From a virus (taxonomy: Duplodnaviria; Caudoviricetes): a stretch of DNA of 52,818 bases. The translations under genes were made by a program, and so were the position numbers. The notes below the pieces were generated by a model. The model was given only the letters and a program-made list of their open reading frames with translations, was not told the origin of the DNA and did not search any database. The DNA lies in IMG/VR virus record IMGVR_UViG_3300037440_000405, positions 1 through 52,818 of that record. The stretch is one strand, 5' to 3'. Shown piece after piece: positions 17,460 through 27,310 of this stretch (position 1 is the first letter of the stretch; every line of letters begins with the position of its first letter).

Positions 17460-17482
17460 CAGGAACGAACGAGAGGACGATC

Positions 17483-17683
17483 ATGGAGACCTACCAGGAT
17501 TACGTGGCCGACCGGCTGGCCGCGTACGGCGGATGCGACGACGAGGCCACGATCGCGGAGATAGCCACCACAGCCGTCGACTACGAGCGGGCGCGGCAGG
17601 CCGGAAACGCCGAGCGTGCCAGGGACCTGCTGGAGCACTACGAGACGCTGACGGACCAGCTGGGCTTCGACCCGCTGGCCTGA
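17483..17683 (+). CDS. Hypothetical protein (66 aa)
   Basis: GAGAGGA SD; followed by a GC hairpin at about 17692-17713. Confidence 0.65.
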   Translation: METYQDYVADRLAAYGGCDDEATIAEIATTAVDYERARQAGNAERARDLLEHYETLTDQLGFDPLA

Positions 17684-17772
17684 GAACAGCCGGGGGCCCG
17701 GGCCGGGCCCCCCCTTCCCGACGGAAGATCAACCCCCACACCCCCGCACCACCAACGGAAGGAGCAAGGATC

Positions 17773-18087
17773 ATGACCACCACCGCTGACCAGAGCTACA
17801 CCGTCCAGATCCAGGCCGCCGTGCCGAACACCCCGATCACCATCGCCGACAAGGAGACGTTGGAGAACCGGCGAGTGGTCGGATACCGCGCGGCTGACTG
17901 GCAGGCGATCACCCCGCCCGAGACCGTCACCGATCCCGGCACCGCCGCCGAGCTCGCCCGCAACATCCTGTACCAGCAGGACGTGGCCGAACTGACCGGG
18001 CAGGGTCTGGTGCGGGTGCGGGTGTGGGATGGCGCCGACGCGGACACCGGTACCGAGCCGACCGCCGTGGCCTACGACGAGGAGTGA
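17773..18087 (+). CDS. Hypothetical protein
   Basis: AAGGA SD, ATG 17773. Confidence 0.65.
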   Translation: MTTTADQSYTVQIQAAVPNTPITIADKETLENRRVVGYRAADWQAITPPETVTDPGTAAELARNILYQQDVAELTGQGLVRVRVWDGADADTGTEPTAVAYDEE

Positions 18088-18092
18088 GGACC

Positions 18093-18269
18093 ATGACCAT
18101 GACCCTGGCCCAGGCCACCCTGGAGATGGCCTTCCGCATGTCCGAGGCCCGGGTGGAGTTGCGCACCGCTGCGAACGCGGCCGCCTTCCACACCGCGGCG
18201 CTCAAATATCAGCGGCGTGCCCTGGCCCTGACCCGGCTGGTGTCCGCCCTCGACCTGCAGACCCGCTGA
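18093..18269 (+). CDS. Hypothetical protein
   Basis: GAGGA SD, ATG 18093. Confidence 0.55.
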   Translation: MTMTLAQATLEMAFRMSEARVELRTAANAAAFHTAALKYQRRALALTRLVSALDLQTR

Positions 18270-18376
18270 CGCTGCCCGGTCCCAACCACCCTGCGGGGCG
18301 GCGGGGGCCGAGTGGCGGAACAGACCCGCCACCCGACCGCCGAGGGCGCACATCCCCCGGCAAGAATGAGTGAATC

Positions 18377-18823
18377 ATGAGCATCGACATGCAGCCCACC
18401 ACCCCAACCGTCCCCGCGAAACCCCGCCGCCGCTGGCCGTGGATCGTCACCGCCCTGGCCGCGCTGATCATCGGCATTGCCATCGGCGGCGCCGGCGAGA
18501 GCGCCGAGACCACCACCGACACCAGCCCCCCGGCGAGCGTGGTCACCGTCGCCGACGTCCCCGACGTCTGCCTGCAGGCCCTGGACAACGCCGAGGACCT
18601 GATGGGCTTCAGCGCCGACTTCGCTGGCATCGCCGCCGAAATGCCCATGATGATCTACGACGGGATTGAGGCTGGGATGGCCTACGACGCTGCGGCGATC
18701 GAGGACCTGACCGACAAACTCAACGGGATCACTGCGGACGTGGAGGAGTTGACCGAGCAGATCGGTTCGTCTGACTACCGGGACAACGCCGACCAGTGCC
18801 GCGATTCGGCCGGCAGCAGCTGA
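18377..18823 (+). CDS. Single-pass membrane protein (possible superinfection exclusion)
   Basis: RRRWPWIVTALAALIIGIAIG TM segment, acidic helical ectodomain with two Cys. Confidence 0.7.
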   Translation: MSIDMQPTTPTVPAKPRRRWPWIVTALAALIIGIAIGGAGESAETTTDTSPPASVVTVADVPDVCLQALDNAEDLMGFSADFAGIAAEMPMMIYDGIEAGMAYDAAAIEDLTDKLNGITADVEELTEQIGSSDYRDNADQCRDSAGSS

Positions 18824-18838
18824 CCCAGCGCACAGCAA

Positions 18839-18872
18839 GAAGCCCGGCCGAGGGAGACCTCGGCCGGGCTTT
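18839..18872. terminator. Bidirectional terminator between convergent units
   Basis: AAGCCCGGCCGAGG-GAGA-CCTCGGCCGGGCTT perfect stem. Confidence 0.8.
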
Positions 18873-18895
18873 GCCCCGCGTGAACAGCAGCCAGC

Positions 18896-19114
18896 TTACG
18901 GCCGGAAGTCACCCTTGTCGGCGTTCGGCGGCTTCGGGTCCTCGCTGTTGTTGGTGTTGCCGCCGTTATTGACGCACACCCACCCGCCCTGCGACGGATT
19001 CAGGGCGCCCACCTGCCCGGGTGGGCAGGTGATCGGGTCGGCGTGCGCCGAGTTGGCGAGCCCGGCGGCGAACAGCAGCCCCACCGCGATTGCGGTGAAG
19101 ATCTTGATACGCAT
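18896..19114 (-). CDS. Small secreted protein
   Basis: Signal peptide ending AHA-D; two Cys. Confidence 0.6.
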   Translation of the reverse strand: MRIKIFTAIAVGLLFAAGLANSAHADPITCPPGQVGALNPSQGGWVCVNNGGNTNNSEDPKPPNADKGDFRP

Positions 19115-19281
19115 GGTGCCTCTTCTCGTTTTGGCTTGAGCCTCCATTATCGCAGCGAACGAGCCCGGCCGGGAGGGCCACCATTCCCTCCCAGCCGGGC
19201 TCCCACCCCACTGCACCTACCCGAGTAACGTCTAGTCGATCTTGTCGGGTTTCCGACTATGGGCACGCTCCCACGGCCACG

Positions 19282-19548
19282 TCACTCCCAAAACCAGCGC
19301 CACGGCCAATGCGTCATGTGCGGGACCAGAAACACCGTGAGCAGCACTAGCGCGGTGGTGAACACGGCCACGGTCCACTTCCGGCGTGGCCGCGGCGGGT
19401 AGACACCGAGCTGCCGCTTGGTCCACTCGGTGAGCGTGCCCCCGCGGCCGCGGTGCAGCAGGGCGACCGTCTCCGCGGCGACGAATCCGCCGGCCAGCAG
19501 GATCAACCACGCCGTCCAGAACCAGGTGAGCCAGCCCGGGTCGGTCAT
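19282..19548 (-). CDS. Two-TM membrane protein
   Basis: Two hydrophobic helices. Confidence 0.6.
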   Translation of the reverse strand: MTDPGWLTWFWTAWLILLAGGFVAAETVALLHRGRGGTLTEWTKRQLGVYPPRPRRKWTVAVFTTALVLLTVFLVPHMTHWPWRWFWE

Positions 19549-19792
19549 CAGTCCGCCACTCCGCAGCTGCACGGCTCGTCCGGGTCGGCACACCAGTAGG
19601 CGTGCGGGTCCGGCTCCACTACCGGCTCAGTCGGGCATGTGTCACCCGGCGCGTGGCCACCGCGCGCCAGGAACACCGCTCGGCGTACTCCGGTCAGCCC
19701 GTCCCGGTCGGCATGCTGCTCGGCCGCCTCTGCGAGATGACTCATCATCCTTTGCAGGTCAGCCACGGCACCCTGGCAACACGTCTTCTCGC

Positions 19793-20068
19793 TCACGACT
19801 GGTCCGCCGGCTTGGTCAACTGCTCCCGCTCCTGCACCTGCTCGGCCGCCCACAGCAGCACGTCCGAGGGCTCCTTCAACAGAGCGGTCGTGCTGGCTGG
19901 CTGGCTCAGGCCGTACACGGTCAGCCAGGTACCGATGGTGGTAACGGCCACGCCCACCCACTCCAGCGCCGTGACGGCTGTCTCGGGCGGAGCCAGCGCG
20001 GCACCCAGCGCGGTCAGGCCGGCGACGGCCGCGCCACCGAGCGCCTTTACCTGTTCCTTTAGTGCCAT
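19793..20068 (-). CDS. Putative holin
   Basis: KALGGAAVAGLTALGAAL...TALEWV...TVY two-TM actinophage holin pattern downstream of the lysin. Confidence 0.7.
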   Translation of the reverse strand: MALKEQVKALGGAAVAGLTALGAALAPPETAVTALEWVGVAVTTIGTWLTVYGLSQPASTTALLKEPSDVLLWAAEQVQEREQLTKPADQS

Positions 20069-20078
20069 GTCACACCTC

Positions 20079-20423
20079 TCAGTCGCATCGTAGGCTTGGC
20101 GGTTCCGGCACCGGATGCTCCGCCAGCGCCGTGCGGTACTCATCGGAGGCGGCCAGGTAGGCGGCCAACGCCGCCGCGAACTCCTGCTCATCCTGCTTCG
20201 CGACAGCGCGGACCAGTTCGTCCAACGCGTCCGCGCGGGCCTGGGCCAGCCCGCCGAGTAGAGCGGTGCGGGCCACGCTGGCATCACCCCACGCCTGCAC
20301 GCAGGTGATGATCTCGCTCTGCTGCCGGGCGACAGCTTCCACGCGTAGGAACCCGGGTACGGCCACCACCGCCAGCATCAGCAGCGCGGCGAACAGCGGA
20401 CGGTCCCGCAGCCAGCGGACCAT
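20079..20423 (-). CDS. Membrane-anchored lysis-cassette protein
   Basis: N-terminal TM, helical body, Cys pair. Confidence 0.6.
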   Translation of the reverse strand: MVRWLRDRPLFAALLMLAVVAVPGFLRVEAVARQQSEIITCVQAWGDASVARTALLGGLAQARADALDELVRAVAKQDEQEFAAALAAYLAASDEYRTALAEHPVPEPPSLRCD

Positions 20424-20426
20424 CAG

Positions 20427-20678
20427 TCAACCACCGCCGCCAGCAGGGCCAGACCCAGCCCCGCCACCAGCCACGTCGTTGTGAGCGCGTACTGCCTGAT
20501 CACCTGTAGCACCATGGCTACCTCGTCTCGCTTCGTCGATTCGCATGAAAATCGGGCTGAGCAGGATCGCGCCCAGAAAGCTGAGCACAGCCGGCCGGGC
20601 CCCGCCGAGCGTGATCTCGAAAATGGCCAGGCCTTGTGCGGCGACCACAACCATGCCGTCGCGCAATGATCGGCTCAC
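20427..20678 (-). CDS. Small membrane protein (lysis cassette)
   Basis: Two hydrophobic segments; GTGA overlap with the lysin. Confidence 0.5.
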   Translation of the reverse strand: MSRSLRDGMVVVAAQGLAIFEITLGGARPAVLSFLGAILLSPIFMRIDEARRGSHGATGDQAVRAHNDVAGGGAGSGPAGGGG

Positions 20679-21562
20679 CGGGGTTCATCGACTCCGCCGA
20701 GCACGGTACGCAGCGCGGCCTCCACCTGCGCGGCAGTGGCGCCTGGCACCGCAGCCGCCAGCGCGGCCGGCAGCTCGGCCAGCTGTGCGGCCACCGCCTG
20801 GTCATGCTTTGCCAGCTCGGCGGCGACCGCAGCCGCCACGTCCTGCCCGGCCACGGCGGCGAGGATTGCCGCGTTCTCGGTCCGCGCGGCCTTGACCTCG
20901 GCCAAGACGACCTTGCCGTACGCCCAGCCGTTGCGGGCGCCAGTGCCCACGGCGTAGGTGCCGTGGCCGAGCCGGCCGGTGCCCTGCCCGGCCCACACCT
21001 TGTCGTTGACCACGAACGCCATCCGTTTGGCCACCGCGTCGGCGATCTCGTCTGCTGTTGGCATGTCGTCCTCCTCTGTTGGTAGCCCGGCTGCGATCCA
21101 CGCCCGCAGGCGGGAGCCGGGGCATTCGGTGGCCTGCCCGGGTAGCTGGCCGTGGCCGGAGACCAGCAGCCGCCGGCCGGCGCGGCGCTGCGCCTCCTCC
21201 CACACCCAGCGCAGCGTGGCCAACGCGGCCGGGGACGGGGCGGTCGAGCCGGACGTGCCGATCCAGCACACCCCGACCCAGGCGGTGTTCTGGTTGGCGG
21301 CGTGGGCGCCGATGGCCGACCAGGTGCCTTGCCGGCCCTCCCACAATCGGCCGTCCTGTGTGACCAGCCAGTTGTATCCGATGTCCACCCAGCCATTCGA
21401 GTCCATCTGGTAATCCTGGATGGCGCGGACGGTTTGGGTGGTGGGGCCGGCGGAGTGGTGGATGGCCACACCCACCCGCTGCCCCCAGGTGGTGGTGGAG
21501 ATGCTGCCCTTGGGTGCCCGGGCGCCCCACTGTGCGCGGGTCATAATCGTCGGCGTAGTCAT
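20675..21562 (-). CDS. Endolysin, N-acetylmuramoyl-L-alanine amidase (PGRP/Amidase_2)
   Basis: RAQWGA, IHHSAG, WVDIGYNWLV, IGAHA, GH...TECPG. Confidence 0.92.
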   Translation of the reverse strand: MTTPTIMTRAQWGARAPKGSISTTTWGQRVGVAIHHSAGPTTQTVRAIQDYQMDSNGWVDIGYNWLVTQDGRLWEGRQGTWSAIGAHAANQNTAWVGVCWIGTSGSTAPSPAALATLRWVWEEAQRRAGRRLLVSGHGQLPGQATECPGSRLRAWIAAGLPTEEDDMPTADEIADAVAKRMAFVVNDKVWAGQGTGRLGHGTYAVGTGARNGWAYGKVVLAEVKAARTENAAILAAVAGQDVAAAVAAELAKHDQAVAAQLAELPAALAAAVPGATAAQVEAALRTVLGGVDEPR

Positions 21563-21572
21563 CGTCGTCTCC

Positions 21573-22145
21573 TCACCACGGGTATCGGCGCTCGACCTCG
21601 CGCCGGTCGTACCAGGTCGGATAGTCCCAACGCCACCAGGTGGCCGTGTTCATCACGGATTCCCACCGGCTGGTGTGCGCCAGCCCAGACGCATGCCCGA
21701 ACTCATGCATGATCGCGCTACGCCGGTCGGCCCAGCCCAACCGGTACCGGTAGGTGTCGTTCATGACGATCGTCACCCTGGACAAGTAGTGGGTGCCGGT
21801 CCACACCCACCGGTAGGTCCACCCGTAGTACCCGTCGTAGCCCTTCCACGTAGACCGCAGCATGATCACCTGCCGGTAGCCTTCGCAGCCGCCGGCGCGG
21901 CGGTACACGAACCGCAGGTCCGGGACGGCATCCCAGCGGGCCGTCGCCGAATAGCCGGGCCACACCGACCCGGACGTGCGGTCCTCTACGCACACGGTGC
22001 GGTACTTCCAGTGGTAGGAGCCCAGCGTGGCCTGCGCCGGTTCGGGTGTGGCCACGACCATGCCGGCGGCGAGCGCTGCGGCGGCCAGGAGCCCGGCCAA
22101 AGGACGGGCGCCCCAGCGGGCGCGGGTCGCAACCGGTGCCATCAT
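21573..22145 (-). CDS. Secreted metzincin (matrixin-like) zinc metalloprotease
   Basis: HEFGHASGLAH (HExxHxxGxxH) plus SVM Met-turn; signal peptide ending AQA. Confidence 0.85.
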   Translation of the reverse strand: MMAPVATRARWGARPLAGLLAAAALAAGMVVATPEPAQATLGSYHWKYRTVCVEDRTSGSVWPGYSATARWDAVPDLRFVYRRAGGCEGYRQVIMLRSTWKGYDGYYGWTYRWVWTGTHYLSRVTIVMNDTYRYRLGWADRRSAIMHEFGHASGLAHTSRWESVMNTATWWRWDYPTWYDRREVERRYPW

Positions 22146-22149
22146 CTGC

Positions 22150-22596
22150 TCAGTCCTCGATGTAATCGACGTAGAGGACGCACACCGCGGTGGCCCCGGC
22201 GTTCAGGGTTGCACTGCCGGTCCCGGCCTGCCGGTCGAACGTCAGGTCGAAGACCTTGTTCTCGGTAGCGTCGGCCACATACTCGGCCTGGAGCTGATCG
22301 CCGATGAACCCGGTTGTGGTTCCGGCGAAGTACCGGCGGCCGGCCAGCGCGGTCCCGGTCACCGAGTCCTCGCGGATTCGCACGTCGAACACGTCCGTGG
22401 CGACTGAGAACTGCCAGTACCAGTCTGCGGTAATCCGGTACCGGCGGCCGGCGACCACCGGGGCGGTCACGCTCATCACCGTGGTCTCGGTGGTGGTAAT
22501 CGCGCTGCCGGTGGTGGTGACCCGGGTGGTGGCGATCCGCTCCCCGGGGATGCGCCCGGCGACCAGTTGCTGACCTGCGCTGCTCATCAGCCCCAC
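22150..22596 (-). CDS. Minor tail/virion protein
   Basis: Position after the tail gene; beta-rich. Confidence 0.6.
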   Translation of the reverse strand: MGLMSSAGQQLVAGRIPGERIATTRVTTTGSAITTTETTVMSVTAPVVAGRRYRITADWYWQFSVATDVFDVRIREDSVTGTALAGRRYFAGTTTGFIGDQLQAEYVADATENKVFDLTFDRQAGTGSATLNAGATAVCVLYVDYIED

Positions 22597-24830
22597 GCTC
22601 CCACATAGGCCCGGCGGTGGAACGTGATCGCCGCGGCGGTGGCGTGGGACTTGACGATCCCGTTGACGCTGCGGGTGACGGTCAGGGTGGTAGTCCGCGC
22701 GGGGAACGTTCCGGCCATCGCCGCTACGGCTGTCACAGTCATCCGCTCACCGCCGATCACAATGTCGAAGTCGGTCTCGTGTACCCAGTCCGGTCCGGCG
22801 CCGCAGTTGATGTCCACCCCGGTTTCGGTGGTGTCGAGCGCTTCGGCGGTGACCGCCGCATCGGAGCCGAGGATCTGGTAACCCTCGTCGTCGGCGACGG
22901 TCGGCACCGCGAACGGCAACGCCGGGGTGGTGTGCGCGTCGATCAGCCACTCATCGGTGTGGATCGACTCGGTGAGGCCGAGCACCAGCTGCGACACGTC
23001 CTCGGCTGAGATCCACAACGGTGTGTTCCGGATGACGATCAGCCCATCGGGGTCCAATGTTTGCACGGCGGCGACCAGCGCCGCCCCGTCGGTGCGGGTG
23101 GACAGGCCACGCAGGTTGGTGCGCAGCATCGGGTACCGGTCCTCATCCCACGTGCCGTGGTGCACCCACCATGCGGCGATTTCCCCCAGGTTCCCGTCGC
23201 CGAGCGCGTCGAAGGTTTCGCCACGGTCGACCCTGCCGGCGGCGGTGATCCCCCGCGGCCCGCCGGTCACCTGGGCTCGCGCACTCCCACCGTCGCGGCG
23301 TTCCGCCGTGGCGTCGTTGACCATGCCCAGGTCGTCCGGTGTCGGATCAACCGGCGGCGACAGCTGACCCGCCGCGAAGTCCAACGTCAGGTCCGGGTCA
23401 CGCGGCAGGTACAGGCTGGACAGCGTGTTGAAGTGCAGGCCCAGCGCGCTTCTCTGCTCGACCAGGATCGGCGCCCGGCTGCCCGCGGCCTCGACCTTGG
23501 CGCACGCACCGATCACCTCCAAAAACGATCCGGGGTACTGCGCCCCCATCGGCGCAGACTCGTCCAGGTCGCCGGTGGAGGTAAACGCGACGTCGCGCTC
23601 GTCACACTGCCGCTCCACCCGCCGGCCGGCCGTTTCACCGGCGTGGCCGTTGTAGGCGGCCATCACGTCGGCCACGTCCGGGATCGCCCCGGTCCACACC
23701 AGCAACTGGCCGACATCGACACCACCCAGGTCGTCAACGGTCAACGAAGACCATTCCACGGTCACCTGGCTCAATGCAGGCAAGGTTGCGGCGCTCGCGT
23801 CGTCGGTGATGTCCACCACGGTCACACCGTCGACCATGATCCGCATCCGGGCGTCGGTGCCCGACTCATCATCGACCTGGAACCGGAAGTGATGGGTGCT
23901 CGGGTCGAACACCGCAGGCACTGCGTTGTTCAGGTCGGTGAACTGGAGAACGCCGGCTCGCCGGAACGCAACCTGCGCCGCAGGATCTCCACTGTTCTGG
24001 AACAGCACCACGGACCATTTATGCAGGACGTCTACAGCGTCCCATGCATCGATGTCGACGCGGAGACGCTGGGGAAGCGTGTCAGGGTTCGGCAGATCAC
24101 CGCGGCGGCGCAGGAAATCCACCGCGAAACTACCCGCCGCGGCGCCGCCCACACTGGCGCTCAAGGCGCCAATGTGAACCATAGACACCGCCGTCAACGA
24201 CGGCACGGTCATCGGTGTCGGTAGATGCGGATGCAGAGTGCCCTGCCCGAACTCGGGCCGCACATCTATCGCCGATGACGTCGCCGCGAACCGCAGCGGC
24301 TGCCCACCCACACCAGATGCGGCCGACGTCGACCCCGCGAGATCCGACATCGGCCAGTAGCCGGTGGGCGGACTCACGGCCACGAACCGGGCCACCGAAT
24401 CCTGCAGAGGCCGACTCGGCACACCCAGACGACGCAGAATCCCTGCCGCCTCCACCGGCACCCACAAGTCGTTCTGCGACACATCAGAACGCGGCGGCCA
24501 CGACACCACCTCCTGCACCGTGCGCACCGTGGGTGTGTCCCCCACCAGCCCGGCCGACACCCGGATCGGAGTGTTCGCGCCGATCAGCCCGAACAGGTCG
24601 GACATCGGGTTCCGCGGGGAATACCGGTTCGACACCGACGTGTTGACCTTCGACAGGCCGTTGTTCAGGACCAGGGTGAGCCCGGCCGGGTCGGCCACCC
24701 CACCATCCGCCTGGTTCGCCACCCCCCGGTCGATGTTGATCGGCGAAGTGGTGCGCACGTCGGCGCTGATGTCATTCCACACGCCGGAGTAGAACAGCTC
24801 GACCGTGGCAGTGACCAACTCGCCGCTCAC
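22587..24830 (-). CDS. Minor tail protein (LamG-like central region)
   Basis: Follows the TMP; YWPM.D motif; actinophage tail-hub-like sequence. Confidence 0.75.
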   Translation of the reverse strand: MSGELVTATVELFYSGVWNDISADVRTTSPINIDRGVANQADGGVADPAGLTLVLNNGLSKVNTSVSNRYSPRNPMSDLFGLIGANTPIRVSAGLVGDTPTVRTVQEVVSWPPRSDVSQNDLWVPVEAAGILRRLGVPSRPLQDSVARFVAVSPPTGYWPMSDLAGSTSAASGVGGQPLRFAATSSAIDVRPEFGQGTLHPHLPTPMTVPSLTAVSMVHIGALSASVGGAAAGSFAVDFLRRRGDLPNPDTLPQRLRVDIDAWDAVDVLHKWSVVLFQNSGDPAAQVAFRRAGVLQFTDLNNAVPAVFDPSTHHFRFQVDDESGTDARMRIMVDGVTVVDITDDASAATLPALSQVTVEWSSLTVDDLGGVDVGQLLVWTGAIPDVADVMAAYNGHAGETAGRRVERQCDERDVAFTSTGDLDESAPMGAQYPGSFLEVIGACAKVEAAGSRAPILVEQRSALGLHFNTLSSLYLPRDPDLTLDFAAGQLSPPVDPTPDDLGMVNDATAERRDGGSARAQVTGGPRGITAAGRVDRGETFDALGDGNLGEIAAWWVHHGTWDEDRYPMLRTNLRGLSTRTDGAALVAAVQTLDPDGLIVIRNTPLWISAEDVSQLVLGLTESIHTDEWLIDAHTTPALPFAVPTVADDEGYQILGSDAAVTAEALDTTETGVDINCGAGPDWVHETDFDIVIGGERMTVTAVAAMAGTFPARTTTLTVTRSVNGIVKSHATAAAITFHRRAYVGAWG

Positions 24831-26752
24831 GCAGCCCGCACCTCCGCCCGTAACGTCGGGTTGGTCCTAAGCGCCTCCCGCAGCAGCTCGGCCAGTAGCC
24901 TTGCTGCGCGCGACCCGTCGACATGCACGTGGATCGCCGACGGGCCACCAACCCCGGCCGCGCCGCGGCCGCGCGAGAGTGGCACCACAGCCTCAGCGCC
25001 ACTCTCGCCCAGCACCGCCAACGTCGGCCGGGTCACGATGCCACCCGCGGCCAGGTACGGGATGTTGGGCGTTGACAGGGTGATGGACGGGATGTTGATC
25101 CCCATCACCGACCCGCCGCCCAGGGTGAACGACAGGTTGTTCCACTTGGAGATCAGCCAGTTCACGGCGCTGCGGAAAGCGTTCTTGATCCCGTCGAACA
25201 GGCCGCGGGCCGCGGAGCTGATCCGCCCCGGCAGGCCCTTCACGAACGAGACGACCTTGTTGAACCCGTTCACGATCCGGTCCTTCGCGCCGACCGCCCA
25301 GCCGACGACCCTGGTGAACAGCCCCTTCCAGAAGCCGAAGTAGACCTGGATGCCGCGCCAGACCATCTTCGCGCCGGCCACGATCCCGTTCCACACCGAC
25401 TTGATTCCCGGCCACAGCGTGTTCTTGATCCAGTTCCACGCGAACAGCGCCGCTGCCTTGATACCACCCCACGCCCAGCGCCACAACCGTTGGAACCAGT
25501 CGGTCTTGGTGGCGATCAGCACGACGATGGCGATCAACGCGGCGATAGCAACGATGATGATGCCGATCGGGTTAGCGGTCAGCGCGACGTTCAGCAGCCA
25601 CTGCACCGCGGTCCACACGATCGTGGCCGCCCGGATCGCCATCTGAATCCCGTGGTACACCTTCAACCCGACGTTCACGGCCAGAATCACCGCGGCGATA
25701 CCACCCAGCGCGATCGCCAGGTTCTTGACCAACCCGGCGTTGTTCTGCGTCCACGTGCCAACATTGCGCAGGATCGGCACACCCTCACCGAGCAGCCCGA
25801 ACACGGTCGACGCGATCGGCTCCAGGGCAACCAGACCCTCGTTCTTCAGCTTGGCCAGGTTCTCCTTCCAGGAGTCGGTCTCGTCAGCCAGGCCAGTGAT
25901 CGTGTCCTCGTTGGCATCCAAGGTGGCCATCAGGTCGTCGATCTCAAACCGGCCCTCCAGGATCGCCGCGGCCATGTCCGGACCGGCCTTCGCGCCGAAG
26001 TTTTCCATGGCAATCGCCTGCGCCTCGGCCTCCGACCCGGCACCCTGAATCGCCGCGATCGTCTCACCCAGCATGTCCGGCAGGTCAAGACCTTCCTTGG
26101 CCCACGTCCCGGATGCTTTACGCAACCCGGCCATCACCGTCTCGGTGTTGACACCTTCCTTCTGCCACTTCCCGAACAACGCAACCGACTCGTCGAGGGT
26201 GAACCCCATGTTCCGCAGCGGCGCACCGAACTGCACAACCTTGCTGGTCAGGTCGCCGATGCCGATCCCCGTGGTCTGGCTGACCCTGAACAACTCATCC
26301 ATGGTGGACACTTGGTCTTTGGCGGCAACACCCCAGTCGCCGAACAGCCGGGTGACGTTCTCCACCTGCAGGTCCTCGCCGGTGATCTTCTCCAAGTCGA
26401 GGAACGTCTTGGTCAGACCCTCGAGATGCTCACCGGTCGCACCGGTCATCGTGTTGAAGTCGGCGAGCACCGACCCGGTTTCGGTCAGGTCCGCAGACAC
26501 CGTGCCAGCCACGTTTTTGAACGACGTTTTCAGTCCGTCCAGTGCCGGGCCGGTGGCACCGGTGCCTACCCGGATGGTGTCGAACACCTCATCCATCGTG
26601 TCGCCGACGGCGACCAGCCCCGCGCCGGCGGCCACACCCATGCCAACGATGGCCACGCCCATCCGGCCGACGTTCTTCTCAACCTTGCCGATCGTCCCGG
26701 AAGCCTTATCCCGAGCCAACAGGTTAAAAATGAGGCTCACATCCGACGCCAC
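24827..26752 (-). CDS. Tape measure protein (641 aa)
   Basis: Ala/Gly-rich, ANPIGIII TM region, W/F-spaced repeats, LAAGGIV...GESGAEAVVPL C-terminus. Confidence 0.92.
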   Translation of the reverse strand: MASDVSLIFNLLARDKASGTIGKVEKNVGRMGVAIVGMGVAAGAGLVAVGDTMDEVFDTIRVGTGATGPALDGLKTSFKNVAGTVSADLTETGSVLADFNTMTGATGEHLEGLTKTFLDLEKITGEDLQVENVTRLFGDWGVAAKDQVSTMDELFRVSQTTGIGIGDLTSKVVQFGAPLRNMGFTLDESVALFGKWQKEGVNTETVMAGLRKASGTWAKEGLDLPDMLGETIAAIQGAGSEAEAQAIAMENFGAKAGPDMAAAILEGRFEIDDLMATLDANEDTITGLADETDSWKENLAKLKNEGLVALEPIASTVFGLLGEGVPILRNVGTWTQNNAGLVKNLAIALGGIAAVILAVNVGLKVYHGIQMAIRAATIVWTAVQWLLNVALTANPIGIIIVAIAALIAIVVLIATKTDWFQRLWRWAWGGIKAAALFAWNWIKNTLWPGIKSVWNGIVAGAKMVWRGIQVYFGFWKGLFTRVVGWAVGAKDRIVNGFNKVVSFVKGLPGRISSAARGLFDGIKNAFRSAVNWLISKWNNLSFTLGGGSVMGINIPSITLSTPNIPYLAAGGIVTRPTLAVLGESGAEAVVPLSRGRGAAGVGGPSAIHVHVDGSRAARLLAELLREALRTNPTLRAEVRAA

Positions 26753-26759
26753 GGGATGC

Positions 26760-27301
26760 TCACCCCACCTTCTTCATCTCAGCCTCATACCGATCCAGCC
26801 AGTCCAGCAGCTGGTCGGCTTCGTCGACGGTGAGCAGCTCCCACTCCCATGGTCGTATCCCGAGCAGATGCGCCGCGTTGCCCAGCGATCTCATTCGGCG
26901 ATCGGCAGCTGCGCTTTTCCCTCGGCGTCCGCATCGTCGTAGGCGGCCACGATCTCAGCGTCGATCTTGAGGAGAGCCGCGTCGCGTTCCTGCCCCGACA
27001 GGTTCTCGTCGATGCCTTCCCGCAGCCGCTGGTACTCCTGCCGGGAATACTCCAACCGCAGCTCATCCCACGCGAAGTCGACATCCTCCCACCGAGTGCG
27101 CGGATGCTCACGGCGCAGGAACAGGAACAGCAGGGCACGCCGGCACAGCGACGAGCCCTGCAACACCTTCGCGGTGAACTCGGCGAAGTTGAGATCGGTG
27201 CGCTTCTCCAACATCTCCCGTTCGGTGGCCCGCAACTTCCGCGGGTTGTACGCCCACCGCTGCGGCTCATCCGAGCCTTCGGGTTGGTACACCAGGTACA
27301 C
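26760..27301 (-). CDS. Tail assembly chaperone: G form 26891-27301, GT form to 26760 via -1 frameshift
   Basis: Slippery G GGA AAA at 26915-26921; -1 frame reads SAAADRRMRSLGNAAHLLGIRPWEWELLTVDE...KKVG*. Confidence 0.85.
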
Positions 27302-27310
27302 GACGACTCC

